This document shows positions 8,470-18,082 of a stretch of 64,000 bases of DNA, piece after piece. Both the position numbers and the translations under genes were made by a program. Each line of letters opens with the position of its first letter. Position 1 is the stretch's first letter. A model generated the notes under the pieces. The model was given only the letters and a program-made list of their open reading frames with translations, had not been told where the DNA came from and did not search any database. This DNA is from a virus (Duplodnaviria > Heunggongvirae > Uroviricota > Caudoviricetes), in IMG/VR virus record IMGVR_UViG_3300010882_000009, one strand, 5' to 3'.

Positions 8470-8652
8470 ATGATGAATTTGGAAAAATATTCAGATAATC
8501 AAATTATAAAAATTGTTAATGATAAATTAAAAACTGGCGAATGGAATTGTGACAAGTTCAGAGAATTTGCTGAATATTTTAATACGTATAAGACATGCAG
8601 AGATTATATTCAAGCACAACTACAAAATATTAACGATAGGAAAGATTTATAA
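8470..8652 (+). CDS. hypothetical protein (60 aa)
   Basis: RBS aaaaggatgag. Confidence 0.5.
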   Translation: MMNLEKYSDNQIIKIVNDKLKTGEWNCDKFREFAEYFNTYKTCRDYIQAQLQNINDRKDL

Positions 8653-8682
8653 ACAAAGTTACTGGTAATGTCGTTAAATTTG

Positions 8683-8707
8683 TATAGAACGATTATTTGA
8701 TTAAAAT
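8683..8707 (+). promoter_or_regulatory. motif copy (variant right half)
   Basis: tATAGAA-cgatta-TTTGATT-AAAAT. Confidence 0.55.
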
Positions 8708-8727
8708 ATAATAATAGGGGTGATTAA

Positions 8728-8838
8728 TTGAGATGCATTATTTCTACTTTGCTTGTTTTGGCTTTCTTTTTTGCTGTGTTGTTTAATATTAAAATAGATT
8801 TATCTTGTATACTTGGAACTTTTAATAAATATAATTAA
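8728..8838 (+). CDS. possible 36-aa hydrophobic peptide (TTG start)
   Basis: RBS aataggggtga 5 nt before TTG; below track size cut-off. Confidence 0.25.
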   Translation: MRCIISTLLVLAFFFAVLFNIKIDLSCILGTFNKYN

Positions 8839-8859
8839 ATATAGAAAAGGTGATTGAAA

Positions 8860-9288
8860 ATGATAGATAAATTAAATTTTTTTAGTCTTGATATTGGTGA
8901 AGTAAAAAATATTCTTAAAGAATATATGAATAAAACAAATACTCATAAAGAATTTATTAGTTTTATTCCAGAAATAGCAAGTGATTATCAAGCAAAAATT
9001 GAGCATGAACTATTAAGAACTAAAATGTGTGCGAACGCACTTCTTGTTTGCAATGATATTGAAAAGTGTGTTACAAAAGATAATTGGTTTATATGGGCAA
9101 GATTTTTAGATGTAACAGAAAATGGGATATTTAATAGTATAAATATGTTGCAACCAAATGTTATACTTAATAAGATTATTGAAATAGTTTCAGATAATAA
9201 TATTATAGACAATATTGATATTTGTGGAGAACGTTACAATTTATTGCAACTTATTTGTAAATTAAAACATAAATATTTAAATGATTAA
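8860..9288 (+). CDS. hypothetical protein
   Basis: RBS aaaaggtga 8 nt before ATG. Confidence 0.55.
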   Translation: MIDKLNFFSLDIGEVKNILKEYMNKTNTHKEFISFIPEIASDYQAKIEHELLRTKMCANALLVCNDIEKCVTKDNWFIWARFLDVTENGIFNSINMLQPNVILNKIIEIVSDNNIIDNIDICGERYNLLQLICKLKHKYLND

Positions 9289-9306
9289 TTGGAAAGGAGT
9301 ATTTGT

Positions 9307-9471
9307 ATGTTAGAAATATTACAATATGTATTGCCATTTATATTTTCTAGTTTCTGGAAATGGCTAGGAACAGTAATATTATGTGCTGTGATTTTTGGTG
9401 GGCTTGGATTAATGTTTAGTAGAACTACAAATATTATTAATAAAAATGTCAAAGAAGATAAATTAAAATAA
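9307..9471 (+). CDS. small membrane protein
   Basis: RBS aaaggag; two hydrophobic segments. Confidence 0.45.
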   Translation: MLEILQYVLPFIFSSFWKWLGTVILCAVIFGGLGLMFSRTTNIINKNVKEDKLK

Positions 9472-9484
9472 AGGATGTAATGAT

Positions 9485-9880
9485 ATGACAGTATTAAGAG
9501 TTTATTTTACAAGTAAAACTATTGTAGATGTACCATTCCATGTCCAGCAACTTGAAATGTGGTGTTCTGATGACAAACAAAAGTACAATTCTTATGGAAC
9601 AACTACAATTCCTGATGATGTTTATATTGAAAGTATTGAAGAAGACAAGGAGTATAATTGCATTACCATAAAAATGACAGATGAAACAAAATTATGGACG
9701 TATAAAGTTGGTTATTTTAAAACAGAATGCTATGAAGGAGTGCTACCATCTACTAGAGTAGAGTTAGTTTCTGGTGTTGATCATGTTCTTCCCGGGATGT
9801 ATACTGTTGATGAAATGGCGCGTCTTGATAATATTCTACAATGGAATCCGAAGGTATTACAAACGGTAGATATACCGTAA
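9485..9880 (+). CDS. hypothetical protein
   Basis: RBS aaaggatg. Confidence 0.55.
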   Translation: MTVLRVYFTSKTIVDVPFHVQQLEMWCSDDKQKYNSYGTTTIPDDVYIESIEEDKEYNCITIKMTDETKLWTYKVGYFKTECYEGVLPSTRVELVSGVDHVLPGMYTVDEMARLDNILQWNPKVLQTVDIP

Positions 9881-9915
9881 GATATTTGAATGGTACCATT
9901 ATTTGAAGATGATGA

Positions 9916-10158
9916 ATGGAGAAATTTATAATGCCAAAAATGAATCCTGGTGATACTAGAAAACTATTGCCTATTAAGGCTGGAGAAATATATGGTGGAG
10001 CAGATGTCACGCCATTAATGTCTAAACTAGCTTGTGAAAAAGTAACAATTAAATCAATATATGATGGGGTGTTCTATACGTTAGAGCTACATAAAATACT
10101 TAATGCTGTGGGTCTGTACAATTGTACAGATGAGATGTTTAATTGGGACGATGATTAA
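9916..10158 (+). CDS. hypothetical protein, paralogue of 51117-51344
   Basis: shared TP[LI]MS.LA.E.VTI and CTDEMFNWDDD / WTDAMFDWSD. Confidence 0.55.
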   Translation: MEKFIMPKMNPGDTRKLLPIKAGEIYGGADVTPLMSKLACEKVTIKSIYDGVFYTLELHKILNAVGLYNCTDEMFNWDDD

Positions 10159-10260
10159 TTTGTATCTTTACAATATTTTATATTATGATATACTTATAAG
10201 AAATGATAGCTTTATCATATATCAAAATTAAAAAATAAATCAAAATAGGTGGTGCTTTGC

Positions 10261-10671
10261 ATGGCAGAAATAACTAGTCTTCACATAAAATTTAGGTCTG
10301 TTGCAAAAATTAATCAGGAGAAAACACCTGATATATTTGATACAGGAATGTATATACTTTGTATGGATAAAAATGAAATGGGATTCGCATTTGAAACAAC
10401 GCAAGTAGATATATCATTTAAAGATGGATTCATGTATATAGAATGCAAGCATAAAGATATTGCTGCGCATCATACGTATGAAGATTTTATTAGCGATCCG
10501 TTTACGGCAGATGAATTATGTAAAGCTATTAAAAATTCAAAGATGTCACACTACACACAAGTGTATCATGAATGTAAAATAAATGAATCTGATCCAGACA
10601 ATGTTGATCTTGCAATAGAGAAAATGGTTTTCTATGATAATTTCAATCAAAAATATGATTTATGGGAATAG
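10261..10671 (+). CDS. hypothetical protein
   Basis: RBS aataggtgg before ATG. Confidence 0.55.
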   Translation: MAEITSLHIKFRSVAKINQEKTPDIFDTGMYILCMDKNEMGFAFETTQVDISFKDGFMYIECKHKDIAAHHTYEDFISDPFTADELCKAIKNSKMSHYTQVYHECKINESDPDNVDLAIEKMVFYDNFNQKYDLWE

Positions 10672-10681
10672 CAATAATTTT

Positions 10682-10706
10682 TATAGAATGGCAGTTCTAT
10701 TAAAAT
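10682..10706 (+). promoter_or_regulatory. motif copy
   Basis: tATAGAA-tggcag-TTCTATT-AAAAT. Confidence 0.6.
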
Positions 10707-10725
10707 CATAGAAAGGATTGAGATA

Positions 10726-11136
10726 GTGCAGATTAGTAATAATAATTATCCTTTTATAATAAATAATAAAAAAGGATTCAATGGTTGGAATTTTCAAGAC
10801 GAAGATTACATTAAGCTAGAAACTCCAGTAGTGCTTAGCGATTTTAGCAAATATGAACACGATATAAAATCAACACTTCTTGTAGCAAATATGGATTTGT
10901 TTGAAACATCAGAACTAATTATATTAAATGAATACGGGAAAGCTGCAACTGAAAAAGTAGATAAATTGCTAAAAATCCGTCTTGGATGTAATTATATTCA
11001 TGTTGGCAAGAGAGCTTGGTATGCTGACGAAAATTCGCCGTATTATATGGTTAAGCGTACTACATGGAATATGATTAAATACACTGAAACATTTAGTGAT
11101 TTATGTATATGGCTTGATAGGATAATTGCTACATAA
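10726..11136 (+). CDS. hypothetical protein (GTG start)
   Basis: RBS gaaaggatt. Confidence 0.5.
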   Translation: MQISNNNYPFIINNKKGFNGWNFQDEDYIKLETPVVLSDFSKYEHDIKSTLLVANMDLFETSELIILNEYGKAATEKVDKLLKIRLGCNYIHVGKRAWYADENSPYYMVKRTTWNMIKYTETFSDLCIWLDRIIAT

Positions 11137-11159
11137 TATAAATATGGGGTGGATAGTTT

Positions 11160-11522
11160 ATGTTTATACTAAATAAAAATGCAAGTTATATAAAACCCGG
11201 TGATATTGTTGCGTTTGATCCTGGTGATCACTTAGGAACCAGAAACAAAGAAAAGACACTTGTAAAAGTTACCAGAATTAAAACTGAAGATATTTACTAT
11301 AAAAATAATGCTAGTGAAAAAATACAAGAATGTATAATAGCTTATTTTAATATTATCACATCTATAAATAAAGGATGTAAGATAGATTTAAGCAAAGAAT
11401 ATTTTTGTAATGTGAATTGGCTATTTCGACTGGATGATATCAAACTTCTTATACATGAAGGAATATCAAATAGTAGAATAGCAACTATAATTAAAGATTT
11501 TAATGATGCACAATCTAAATAG
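11160..11522 (+). CDS. hypothetical protein
   Basis: RBS tggggtgg. Confidence 0.55.
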   Translation: MFILNKNASYIKPGDIVAFDPGDHLGTRNKEKTLVKVTRIKTEDIYYKNNASEKIQECIIAYFNIITSINKGCKIDLSKEYFCNVNWLFRLDDIKLLIHEGISNSRIATIIKDFNDAQSK

Positions 11523-11542
11523 AACACGTCTTCTATTAAAAT
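11518..11542 (+). promoter_or_regulatory. motif copy
   Basis: AATAGAA-cacgtc-TTCTATT-AAAAT; overlaps stop of previous gene. Confidence 0.65.
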
Positions 11543-11557
11543 TATAGGCAGGTGATT

Positions 11558-12067
11558 ATGAAGATCATCCGTTATTCAACACAGGGTTTTAAACCTCAAT
11601 ATCAGTCATATCATTATGGTTACATGGTTGACTATTATTTAAGTGGTGAAGCAGAGAAAGTAATTAAAGAAGCTGAACAAAATAATACACTTACTCCTTA
11701 TACTATAAAAAATCTTAAGGAACAATTGCATAAAAATATTGAACAAGCAATGCGTTATAAAAATATTATCAAATATGGCGTATGGGCATTCATTGATGGG
11801 CATAAGAGTAATTTGCTTCTTAATCATCTTACTCGTCCAGTTCCTTGCTGGGAAGCAGAAATAGATAATGATACTGAAGTTATGATTTTTAATATTATTA
11901 GCTTTAACTGTGAGAATCGTGATACATTCAAAGTATCGGAACAGATTTGTAATGCTGGGTTCTTTATCCCAGCTAGTAATATGAGTAGCATAAAAAATAT
12001 AAGAAGAAGATACTCAAAATCATCTTCTATTAAAAAAACAAATAGAAAGGATAGTTGCTATGGCTGA
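11558..12067 (+). CDS. hypothetical protein
   Basis: RBS gcaggtga. Confidence 0.5.
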   Translation: MKIIRYSTQGFKPQYQSYHYGYMVDYYLSGEAEKVIKEAEQNNTLTPYTIKNLKEQLHKNIEQAMRYKNIIKYGVWAFIDGHKSNLLLNHLTRPVPCWEAEIDNDTEVMIFNIISFNCENRDTFKVSEQICNAGFFIPASNMSSIKNIRRRYSKSSSIKKTNRKDSCYG

Positions 12068-12317
12068 TAAAAGCGGATTATTTGAAAAAGTTAGGCAAGC
12101 CTTTATTTTTCTTGTGTCTAAAGAGTATAGAAATATACTCAATGCAAGATGTGAGTTTTGTAAAAGCTGTAACATTAAGGCGGATAATAAGAATTCTGTA
12201 GTATCAAATTATGAAGGAGACACATACATAACATACACAGCAGGATATACGTGCCAAAATTGTTTCGCTAATTCAACTGCAAAGCAGGTTTGGGTAAAGG
12301 ACGAATTCGTATTATAA
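12060..12317 (+). CDS. zinc-ribbon protein, paralogue of 62669-62956
   Basis: CxxC...Y.CQNC..S.A.QVW shared by both. Confidence 0.55.
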   Translation: MADKSGLFEKVRQAFIFLVSKEYRNILNARCEFCKSCNIKADNKNSVVSNYEGDTYITYTAGYTCQNCFANSTAKQVWVKDEFVL

Positions 12318-12344
12318 TTCAAATAGTTAACAAGGAGGAATATC

Positions 12345-12425
12345 ATGGAAAATAATATAGAATATAACCCATACGATGATTCTGAATACGATGATGATTA
12401 TTATGATTTCGAAGACGATTATTAA
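12345..12425 (+). CDS. hyper-acidic 26-aa microprotein MENNIEYNPYDDSEYDDDYYDFEDDY
   Basis: strong RBS aaggagga 5 nt upstream; below ORF-track cut-off. Confidence 0.4.
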   Translation: MENNIEYNPYDDSEYDDDYYDFEDDY

Positions 12426-12445
12426 GATTAGAAAGGAATTATATA

Positions 12446-12637
12446 ATGGATAATATATTTGATTTGACAGTCAATGAATTTTCAACTATACTAAAAATAG
12501 CAATGTTAGAAGCAAATCCTTCATTCATAGTTGATATTGAATGCATTTCAGATGATACAACTTTAACTGAAACAATATTCAAATACAAACGTAATGGGCA
12601 GCGGTTTCAGGTGGCAGTTGTTAAACTTGATGATTAA
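12446..12637 (+). CDS. hypothetical protein
   Basis: RBS gaaaggaa. Confidence 0.5.
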   Translation: MDNIFDLTVNEFSTILKIAMLEANPSFIVDIECISDDTTLTETIFKYKRNGQRFQVAVVKLDD

Positions 12638-12641
12638 TTTA

Positions 12642-12666
12642 AATAGAAGTTATGTTCTATGCAAAC
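12642..12666 (+). promoter_or_regulatory. motif copy
   Basis: AATAGAA-gttatg-TTCTATG-CAAAC. Confidence 0.5.
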
Positions 12667-12690
12667 ATTAAAATTAGGAGTGTGGTAAAC

Positions 12691-12948
12691 ATGAATGATC
12701 TAAATAAATGGTATTGTAGAAATAGTGACGGTTATACACGGTGCTATGTGGCAAATGGGTATAGTCATAAATTTGTAACCATTCAAAAACTATTTGATAT
12801 AGCAAAGGCAGACTTTCCAGAAATTTCAGATGAAGAGTTTGAGGTAAAAACCATAGTAAATAGCGATAGAATAAAGGGTTTTTCCTGTATATCTTTTCTT
12901 GCACATAGAGAGCCGCCGAACGACTATTTTTATAGCGAAGAAAATTAA
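12691..12948 (+). CDS. hypothetical protein
   Basis: RBS aggagtg before internal ATG of track ORF. Confidence 0.5.
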   Translation: MNDLNKWYCRNSDGYTRCYVANGYSHKFVTIQKLFDIAKADFPEISDEEFEVKTIVNSDRIKGFSCISFLAHREPPNDYFYSEEN

Positions 12949-12973
12949 TGTAGATAGGATGGATTAATGTTTG

Positions 12974-12998
12974 CATAGAATATTGATTCGATTAAAAT
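12974..12998 (+). promoter_or_regulatory. motif copy
   Basis: cATAGAA-tattga-TTCGATT-AAAAT. Confidence 0.55.
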
Positions 12999-13021
12999 AT
13001 AATAAATATTTAGGAGGAAAT

Positions 13022-13609
13022 ATGAGTCTTATAGTAGGAAAAATTATATTTGCAGTAGAATCACATTGCGAACATAAATCTACTGCATCTGGAATAATAC
13101 CAGTATTTGAAGAGGCAAGAATAAGAGCAATTATTGATCGTAGATTTGGTGATATTGATATGCTACATCCAACAGTATATCTTGTTGATAACAAATTAGA
13201 AGTATTGCCAATGATTAATGAAAAAAGCAAAAAATATATAAAAGAATTATTGATTGCTAATTTACTAAAAGAAGTTGAATTTGGATGTACTCGATTTATG
13301 AATAGCACAAAACAAATGTTGCGTGGAATTTTACGAGAGCTTCATGATAATAACAATGATAAAATACATGTTTTATGGTCTGAAGAATTAAATAGCGAAG
13401 ACGAAAATAAACCAGAAAGGCTTTCGTTTGACGAATTTATGTCAACATTTGTATCTCCAGCAAATGACTATGTTGGTTCTGATAAATGGTTCGCAAAAAT
13501 GTACAATCATGGCATTAGTAGGTATGACATAAAATGTATATCAAATCATTTATGTAATGGTACTGATGAAAAATTTGTTTATGAAGAATATTATATGCAG
13601 GCATTATAA
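13022..13609 (+). CDS. hypothetical protein
   Basis: RBS taggaggaa; track start 12971 lies inside the motif. Confidence 0.55.
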   Translation: MSLIVGKIIFAVESHCEHKSTASGIIPVFEEARIRAIIDRRFGDIDMLHPTVYLVDNKLEVLPMINEKSKKYIKELLIANLLKEVEFGCTRFMNSTKQMLRGILRELHDNNNDKIHVLWSEELNSEDENKPERLSFDEFMSTFVSPANDYVGSDKWFAKMYNHGISRYDIKCISNHLCNGTDEKFVYEEYYMQAL

Positions 13610-13642
13610 ATAAAAAAGATAATAATATAAGGATGAAAAAAT

Positions 13643-13855
13643 ATGCTTAGAATGAATGTTTGTCTTATGATTATTGGTCTTATACTATTCATTATTACAT
13701 TATTAATAGAAATAAGTCTAAAACTAGCAAATCAAGATAGCTTGGCAAGAATGTTTACAGACAATACAAATGATGTAATATTAACATTGATTACTTTGAT
13801 AATTTGTTTTGTGCTTTGCTTTTGGGGAGCTAAAATCTATAATAATAGGAATTAA
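13643..13855 (+). CDS. small membrane protein (2 TM)
   Basis: RBS ataaggatg. Confidence 0.5.
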   Translation: MLRMNVCLMIIGLILFIITLLIEISLKLANQDSLARMFTDNTNDVILTLITLIICFVLCFWGAKIYNNRN

Positions 13856-13867
13856 TTTATAAAATTA

Positions 13868-13914
13868 TAGCGAGAAACCAGCTACCATTTAGGGTCGGAG
13901 GGTTCACATAAATC
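13868..13914 (+). repeat. structured repeat element copy A
   Basis: TAGCGAGAAACCAGCTACCATTTAGGGTCGGAGGGTTCACATAAATCA. Confidence 0.6.
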
Positions 13915-13990
13915 ATGGATTCTATTCAATTGATTATTTGTTTTATTTATTGTATAATTTTTATAGAATGCTTAGAAGGATGTGATATGA

Positions 13991-14311
13991 ATGGTTTTAA
14001 ATATCTCTATCGAAGATGAACAATCAATTATTAAACAGATTAATACAGCAAGATATAATATTGCAAATGATATATATCTTGTACAAGAATACAAAATATT
14101 GTGGGAAGATGGTATATCTATTGCAGGATGGTATGGTCATGTAATAAAAGAGTCTATGTCGTTAAAAGAAGCTATACAGTTTGCTAAGCAATATGAAAAT
14201 GAACATGGAGAAAATACTGCTGGTGTGTTTGTTGCAGCTACACCATATGGGAATGAATATAATGGACATCTTATAGATGCTATAACAAGAAAGAAATGGG
14301 GGATTGCTTAA
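13991..14311 (+). CDS. hypothetical protein
   Basis: RBS gaaggatg. Confidence 0.5.
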   Translation: MVLNISIEDEQSIIKQINTARYNIANDIYLVQEYKILWEDGISIAGWYGHVIKESMSLKEAIQFAKQYENEHGENTAGVFVAATPYGNEYNGHLIDAITRKKWGIA

Positions 14312-14312
14312 A

Positions 14313-14678
14313 ATGGATAAATATAAAATTGCAGAAAAAATTTATATGATTCACAAAGAAATATCAGAGTATGACAATCATCAATATCATTTCAATGTAT
14401 TTGTAAATAGTGCTGGTGATGTATGGCGAGGAGATTTACATATTAATAGCAATTCATATACGATATCAGATAGCGAGTATATTTATGAATTTAACCTATA
14501 TCCGATTTTTACTACAAACGAAATAGAATCTATGGGCGACAATCCAGAAGATGGAACTGTAATAAGCGAATGGAAAAAAGAATCAGACTCATCAATGAGA
14601 CGCTATGCTAATGAAATCGCTTATGCAATTGTGAATGGTTCGTCAATAGAGGATATATCCCCAAATATGTGGGGTTAA
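14313..14678 (+). CDS. hypothetical protein
   Basis: RBS tggggga before ATG. Confidence 0.5.
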   Translation: MDKYKIAEKIYMIHKEISEYDNHQYHFNVFVNSAGDVWRGDLHINSNSYTISDSEYIYEFNLYPIFTTNEIESMGDNPEDGTVISEWKKESDSSMRRYANEIAYAIVNGSSIEDISPNMWG

Positions 14679-14707
14679 TTAATACATTAAATTGAGTATG
14701 ATTAAAA

Positions 14708-15214
14708 ATGAATAGATTGAGCGTTCTTCCTGTCGGTCTGAAAGTTAAAAACACAAACGGATATGACTATTTGATAATAGCACAAAATGAAAATTATACA
14801 TTGCTATTTAGGAATATAGGTTATACAAAGTATGTTGTAGCATATAATCTTTTTACAGATGACAGACATTACCCAGATGAATTCTATGATATTAGCAATT
14901 GTGTTGATCCATTTGTAAGTTGGCAGAATGGACAATATTTTGAGGATTTATCTGATGCATATAAATACTATATAGGGAAAACTGAATGCAATAGTGATAG
15001 GAAGCACAATACAATCCGGGATATGATTAACGCCGGGATAGAAATTCAAGGTAAGGTTTCATGTATTGTGTGGAATATAGAGCGTTTAACATATGATATA
15101 GTTTTTGATGTTAATAATTTTGAACTAGAAGATATTGAATCTCTTAGAATTGATGATGAAGTAAAATATATGTATACTAATAATAGTATATTGACATTCG
15201 AAGTTAATATTTAA
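14708..15214 (+). CDS. hypothetical protein
   Basis: track ORF; weak RBS. Confidence 0.5.
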   Translation: MNRLSVLPVGLKVKNTNGYDYLIIAQNENYTLLFRNIGYTKYVVAYNLFTDDRHYPDEFYDISNCVDPFVSWQNGQYFEDLSDAYKYYIGKTECNSDRKHNTIRDMINAGIEIQGKVSCIVWNIERLTYDIVFDVNNFELEDIESLRIDDEVKYMYTNNSILTFEVNI

Positions 15215-15242
15215 GAATGATTTTTAGATAGGAGAATTTATT

Positions 15243-15470
15243 ATGGTTAAAATTGAAATTAAAACAGGAAACGCAACATTTAGTGATGGTAATGATGGAA
15301 TAGAAATTGCACGTATTCTAAATAAAGTTGCAAAACAATTCTCAGATGGGTATATGTCTGTTAAGTATGGATGTACAACAGAAGCCAATCTGTCTGATAT
15401 TAATGGTAATAAAATTGGTAAATGCGAGTACAGAAACGACAGCGAGCCAGAAAATGAAGATGAATATTAA
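15243..15470 (+). CDS. hypothetical protein with acidic tail
   Basis: RBS ataggaga. Confidence 0.55.
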   Translation: MVKIEIKTGNATFSDGNDGIEIARILNKVAKQFSDGYMSVKYGCTTEANLSDINGNKIGKCEYRNDSEPENEDEY

Positions 15471-15497
15471 GATGAATATGAAGGGGTAGGAATCGAA

Positions 15498-15671
15498 ATG
15501 AAAAAAGAAAAATTTCTATGCGAAACGAATACACCAGAAGTATACAGTCAAATTGTTAGTGCTGCAGGACTTGATGTTGTGTTTGAATATGGGCAATGGT
15601 ATGTAAAAGTTTGCGGTGCTATGTTTGCCGTAGTTGATACAAATAATGGCATTGCTTTTGAGCAGGCTTAG
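15498..15671 (+). CDS. hypothetical 57-aa protein
   Basis: RBS aaggggtagg; below track cut-off. Confidence 0.4.
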   Translation: MKKEKFLCETNTPEVYSQIVSAAGLDVVFEYGQWYVKVCGAMFAVVDTNNGIAFEQA

Positions 15672-15769
15672 CATTTGGCAGCAATACATATATCAGACAA
15701 AGAATATAGTCCGATATATATTTCAATCAAACGGATATTCTATTCAAATTTGAGTAATGGGGGTTCAGA

Positions 15770-16327
15770 ATGGAGCTTATACGCTTTAAAAAATATCATG
15801 AAACGCCAGAGAAGTGTTATAAATGTGAGCAATTGCTGTATGATTATTGCGATAAGTGTGGGGATTGGAATGGTGTTGCTTGCCCAGAATGCGGAGAAGA
15901 TTTATACATAATTGAAGCGTTTATTGTCTTCACAACTGATAAGTATGATGGTGTGCATAGATGTAGTAGTCATACTGCAACGTTGATTTTAAATGGCAAT
16001 AGTTTCGCTAGTATTCATATAAGTCAAGATGAAAGCGACGAAGGGGGAGATATTGCTTATTTACAATTAGGTTATATAGGTGCTGAACATCAAACAAAAG
16101 AGATTGCCGATATTATCGCTGAATTTGCTAGATGGGCGAGATTTGATTGGGCTAACCCGGACAAGAAAAGCGAGTTGCCAACTCTCGTAAGGCTTCTAGG
16201 ATTTATTGACCACAAAGATATGGCATTCCCGTACAATTTAGAAAAGTTCATCGCACTTAATGACGCTACAAAAATTAATGCAGATCATTTACTAAATGAT
16301 TTTACGTCTAGAGTTGTTGGGGCATAA
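15770..16327 (+). CDS. hypothetical protein with N-terminal zinc ribbon
   Basis: CYKC..CDKC..CPEC; RBS tgggggtt. Confidence 0.55.
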   Translation: MELIRFKKYHETPEKCYKCEQLLYDYCDKCGDWNGVACPECGEDLYIIEAFIVFTTDKYDGVHRCSSHTATLILNGNSFASIHISQDESDEGGDIAYLQLGYIGAEHQTKEIADIIAEFARWARFDWANPDKKSELPTLVRLLGFIDHKDMAFPYNLEKFIALNDATKINADHLLNDFTSRVVGA

Positions 16328-16373
16328 ACTTTTAATTAAATATTAGAGTGCATGAAAGTATCTATGATTTAAA

Positions 16374-16571
16374 ATGGCTATAAAAATAGACCATATAACA
16401 AGGCAAACAGATATGCCAAAATGCTGCACAGAATGCAATTATATATCGGCTAATAGTAATGGTCTTGTTATGTACTGTTACATAACAGGTGAAGTATTAT
16501 ATAGAGCAACTGATAAAGAAGATTGTAAAAATAGAGGTAAAAATTGCCCATTAAAAGAAGTTAACAGATAA
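16374..16571 (+). CDS. small Cys-rich protein
   Basis: CCTEC..C..C; start uncertain. Confidence 0.45.
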   Translation: MAIKIDHITRQTDMPKCCTECNYISANSNGLVMYCYITGEVLYRATDKEDCKNRGKNCPLKEVNR

Positions 16572-16591
16572 CGAATATACTAATTTAAATA

Positions 16592-16637
16592 GCCCGGCGA
16601 GAAATCATATTCCATTTATGGGTAGTTCACATAAATA
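16592..16637 (+). repeat. structured repeat element copy B
   Basis: GCCCGGCGAGAAATCATATTCCATTTATGGGTAGTTCACATAAATA. Confidence 0.6.
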
Positions 16638-16659
16638 AAAATCACAGGAGGGGTGAATT

Positions 16660-16977
16660 ATGAGGAAAATAGATGCAGAATATTTTAAGAGCGACATTCT
16701 TAATTCAAATTGCTTAAATGATAACCTTGAAACTAAAGTAAAAGAATGGTTTGGGAAAGGTGCAAAGTATCATGTTTTAAAAGAATGTGATAATTATACA
16801 TATATTCAATTCATTTGTTGGCACGGTTCTGATATATCACTAGCAAGACTGCTTAAAATAGGCTATGGCATGGGTATTAGCGTTGATTATACTTTATCGC
16901 TTGATGATTGTGATGGACGAATTGACTTTGATGACATATGTTTATTTATTGGTAAAATAAGCGAGTTTTTATTTTGA
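16660..16977 (+). CDS. hypothetical protein
   Basis: RBS aggaggggtg. Confidence 0.55.
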   Translation: MRKIDAEYFKSDILNSNCLNDNLETKVKEWFGKGAKYHVLKECDNYTYIQFICWHGSDISLARLLKIGYGMGISVDYTLSLDDCDGRIDFDDICLFIGKISEFLF

Positions 16978-17000
16978 TAGAACAGTTATTCTATTAAGTT
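16976..17000 (+). promoter_or_regulatory. motif copy
   Basis: gATAGAA-cagtta-TTCTATT-AAGTT. Confidence 0.55.
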
Positions 17001-17020
17001 TATTTTAGGTGGTGATATGT

Positions 17021-17224
17021 ATGAATTACAGAACAATTGGCGATGAGTGCAATGAGTTTGGAGTCGCTTGTATAGATCATAAGATTCCAGAACATCATCA
17101 AAACAAAATAATTAATAAAATGGAAGAATTAATTAATGTTGCGAATAGCGAATTTTTAAAATGGCTTGATGAAAATGGATATGAAAAATATATGTGGTTA
17201 ATAGTCAACAAGCCCATCAGCTAA
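17021..17224 (+). CDS. hypothetical protein
   Basis: RBS taggtggtga before ATG. Confidence 0.5.
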   Translation: MNYRTIGDECNEFGVACIDHKIPEHHQNKIINKMEELINVANSEFLKWLDENGYEKYMWLIVNKPIS

Positions 17225-17237
17225 AGCTAATGGGCTT
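17210..17237 (+). other. perfect 8-bp-stem hairpin spanning stop codon
   Basis: AAGCCCAT-cagctaaagcta-ATGGGCTT, followed by ccgcgccgg (no U-run). Confidence 0.4.
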
Positions 17238-17295
17238 CCGCGCCGGACTATGTGAATAAGTCTAAATAGAATTAGATTATAAGGAGTGATATTAT

Positions 17296-17508
17296 TTGCA
17301 TAAATTAAGTGTATGTCCAGATTGCGGTTCTGAACTAAATTATTCTCAATGGTTTGTAGAAGAAAAATTATACAAGTTAGATATAAATGGTATGCCATAT
17401 AAAAAGGCATACAAAAGCATAAAGCAATTCCCTTATGCTCCTGAGTGTGGTATCATATGTATCAATCCTGAGTGTAGCTATACTGAGGTTCCAAGCAGTA
17501 GAGTTTAA
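17296..17508 (+). CDS. zinc-ribbon protein (TTG start)
   Basis: CPDC..C..C; RBS ataaggagtg. Confidence 0.4.
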   Translation: MHKLSVCPDCGSELNYSQWFVEEKLYKLDINGMPYKKAYKSIKQFPYAPECGIICINPECSYTEVPSSRV

Positions 17509-17527
17509 ATAGAATATTAGTTTTATG
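17508..17527 (+). promoter_or_regulatory. degenerate motif copy
   Basis: AATAGAA-tattag-TTTTATG. Confidence 0.35.
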
Positions 17528-17551
17528 TAGAGTTAATATGAGGATGATAAA

Positions 17552-17791
17552 ATGGAATTTATAAATATATTTTGCGGAGCGTTTAATAAGTTAGCTCCGA
17601 AGCGTGTATATAGTCAATGTGAAATAGCAACAGAATCAATTAGAATATTGAAAGTATCTGATGAAACAGATGAGGCTGGTTTGATTAGAAAAATAACGGG
17701 GAAAAGACATCCTGACGAGCAAATAGAATTAACTGTTGACGAATACACAACAATAGTTGCTGATGTTGTTTCGATTTTTAGGTTTGCATAA
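17552..17791 (+). CDS. hypothetical protein
   Basis: RBS atgaggatga. Confidence 0.5.
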   Translation: MEFINIFCGAFNKLAPKRVYSQCEIATESIRILKVSDETDEAGLIRKITGKRHPDEQIELTVDEYTTIVADVVSIFRFA

Positions 17792-17875
17792 GAGCAAGTT
17801 TGAATAGAATACAACATTTACTAAACCTTTATAATAGTTATTAATTGTAATTACTGATAATAGTATGAGGCTTAA

Positions 17876-18082
17876 ATGATCAACAATCATGATAAATATG
17901 GAATGCTATATGTAAAGCATTATGAAAATGACAATAATGTGTTTTGTCGCTGTGAATGTGGTTTAAATATAATTATCGCCGCCGACCAATTGAATGACAG
18001 TAGTTCTTGTGGTTGTATAAACAGAAAACTACTTCTTTCACTGGTAGGTGCTGTATCCGCGCTGGTTTTGATGTTGCAGTAA
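17876..18082 (+). CDS. hypothetical Cys-rich protein; may continue by frameshift into 18007-18222
   Basis: overlaps a TTG-start ORF in another frame in a GC-richer stretch. Confidence 0.4.
   Translation: MINNHDKYGMLYVKHYENDNNVFCRCECGLNIIIAADQLNDSSSCGCINRKLLLSLVGAVSALVLMLQ

Noticed and set aside
15675-15911. Track ORF overlapping 15770-16327 in another frame
   Set aside because: No RBS; out-competed by the longer ORF with a GGGGG RBS and zinc-ribbon motifs.
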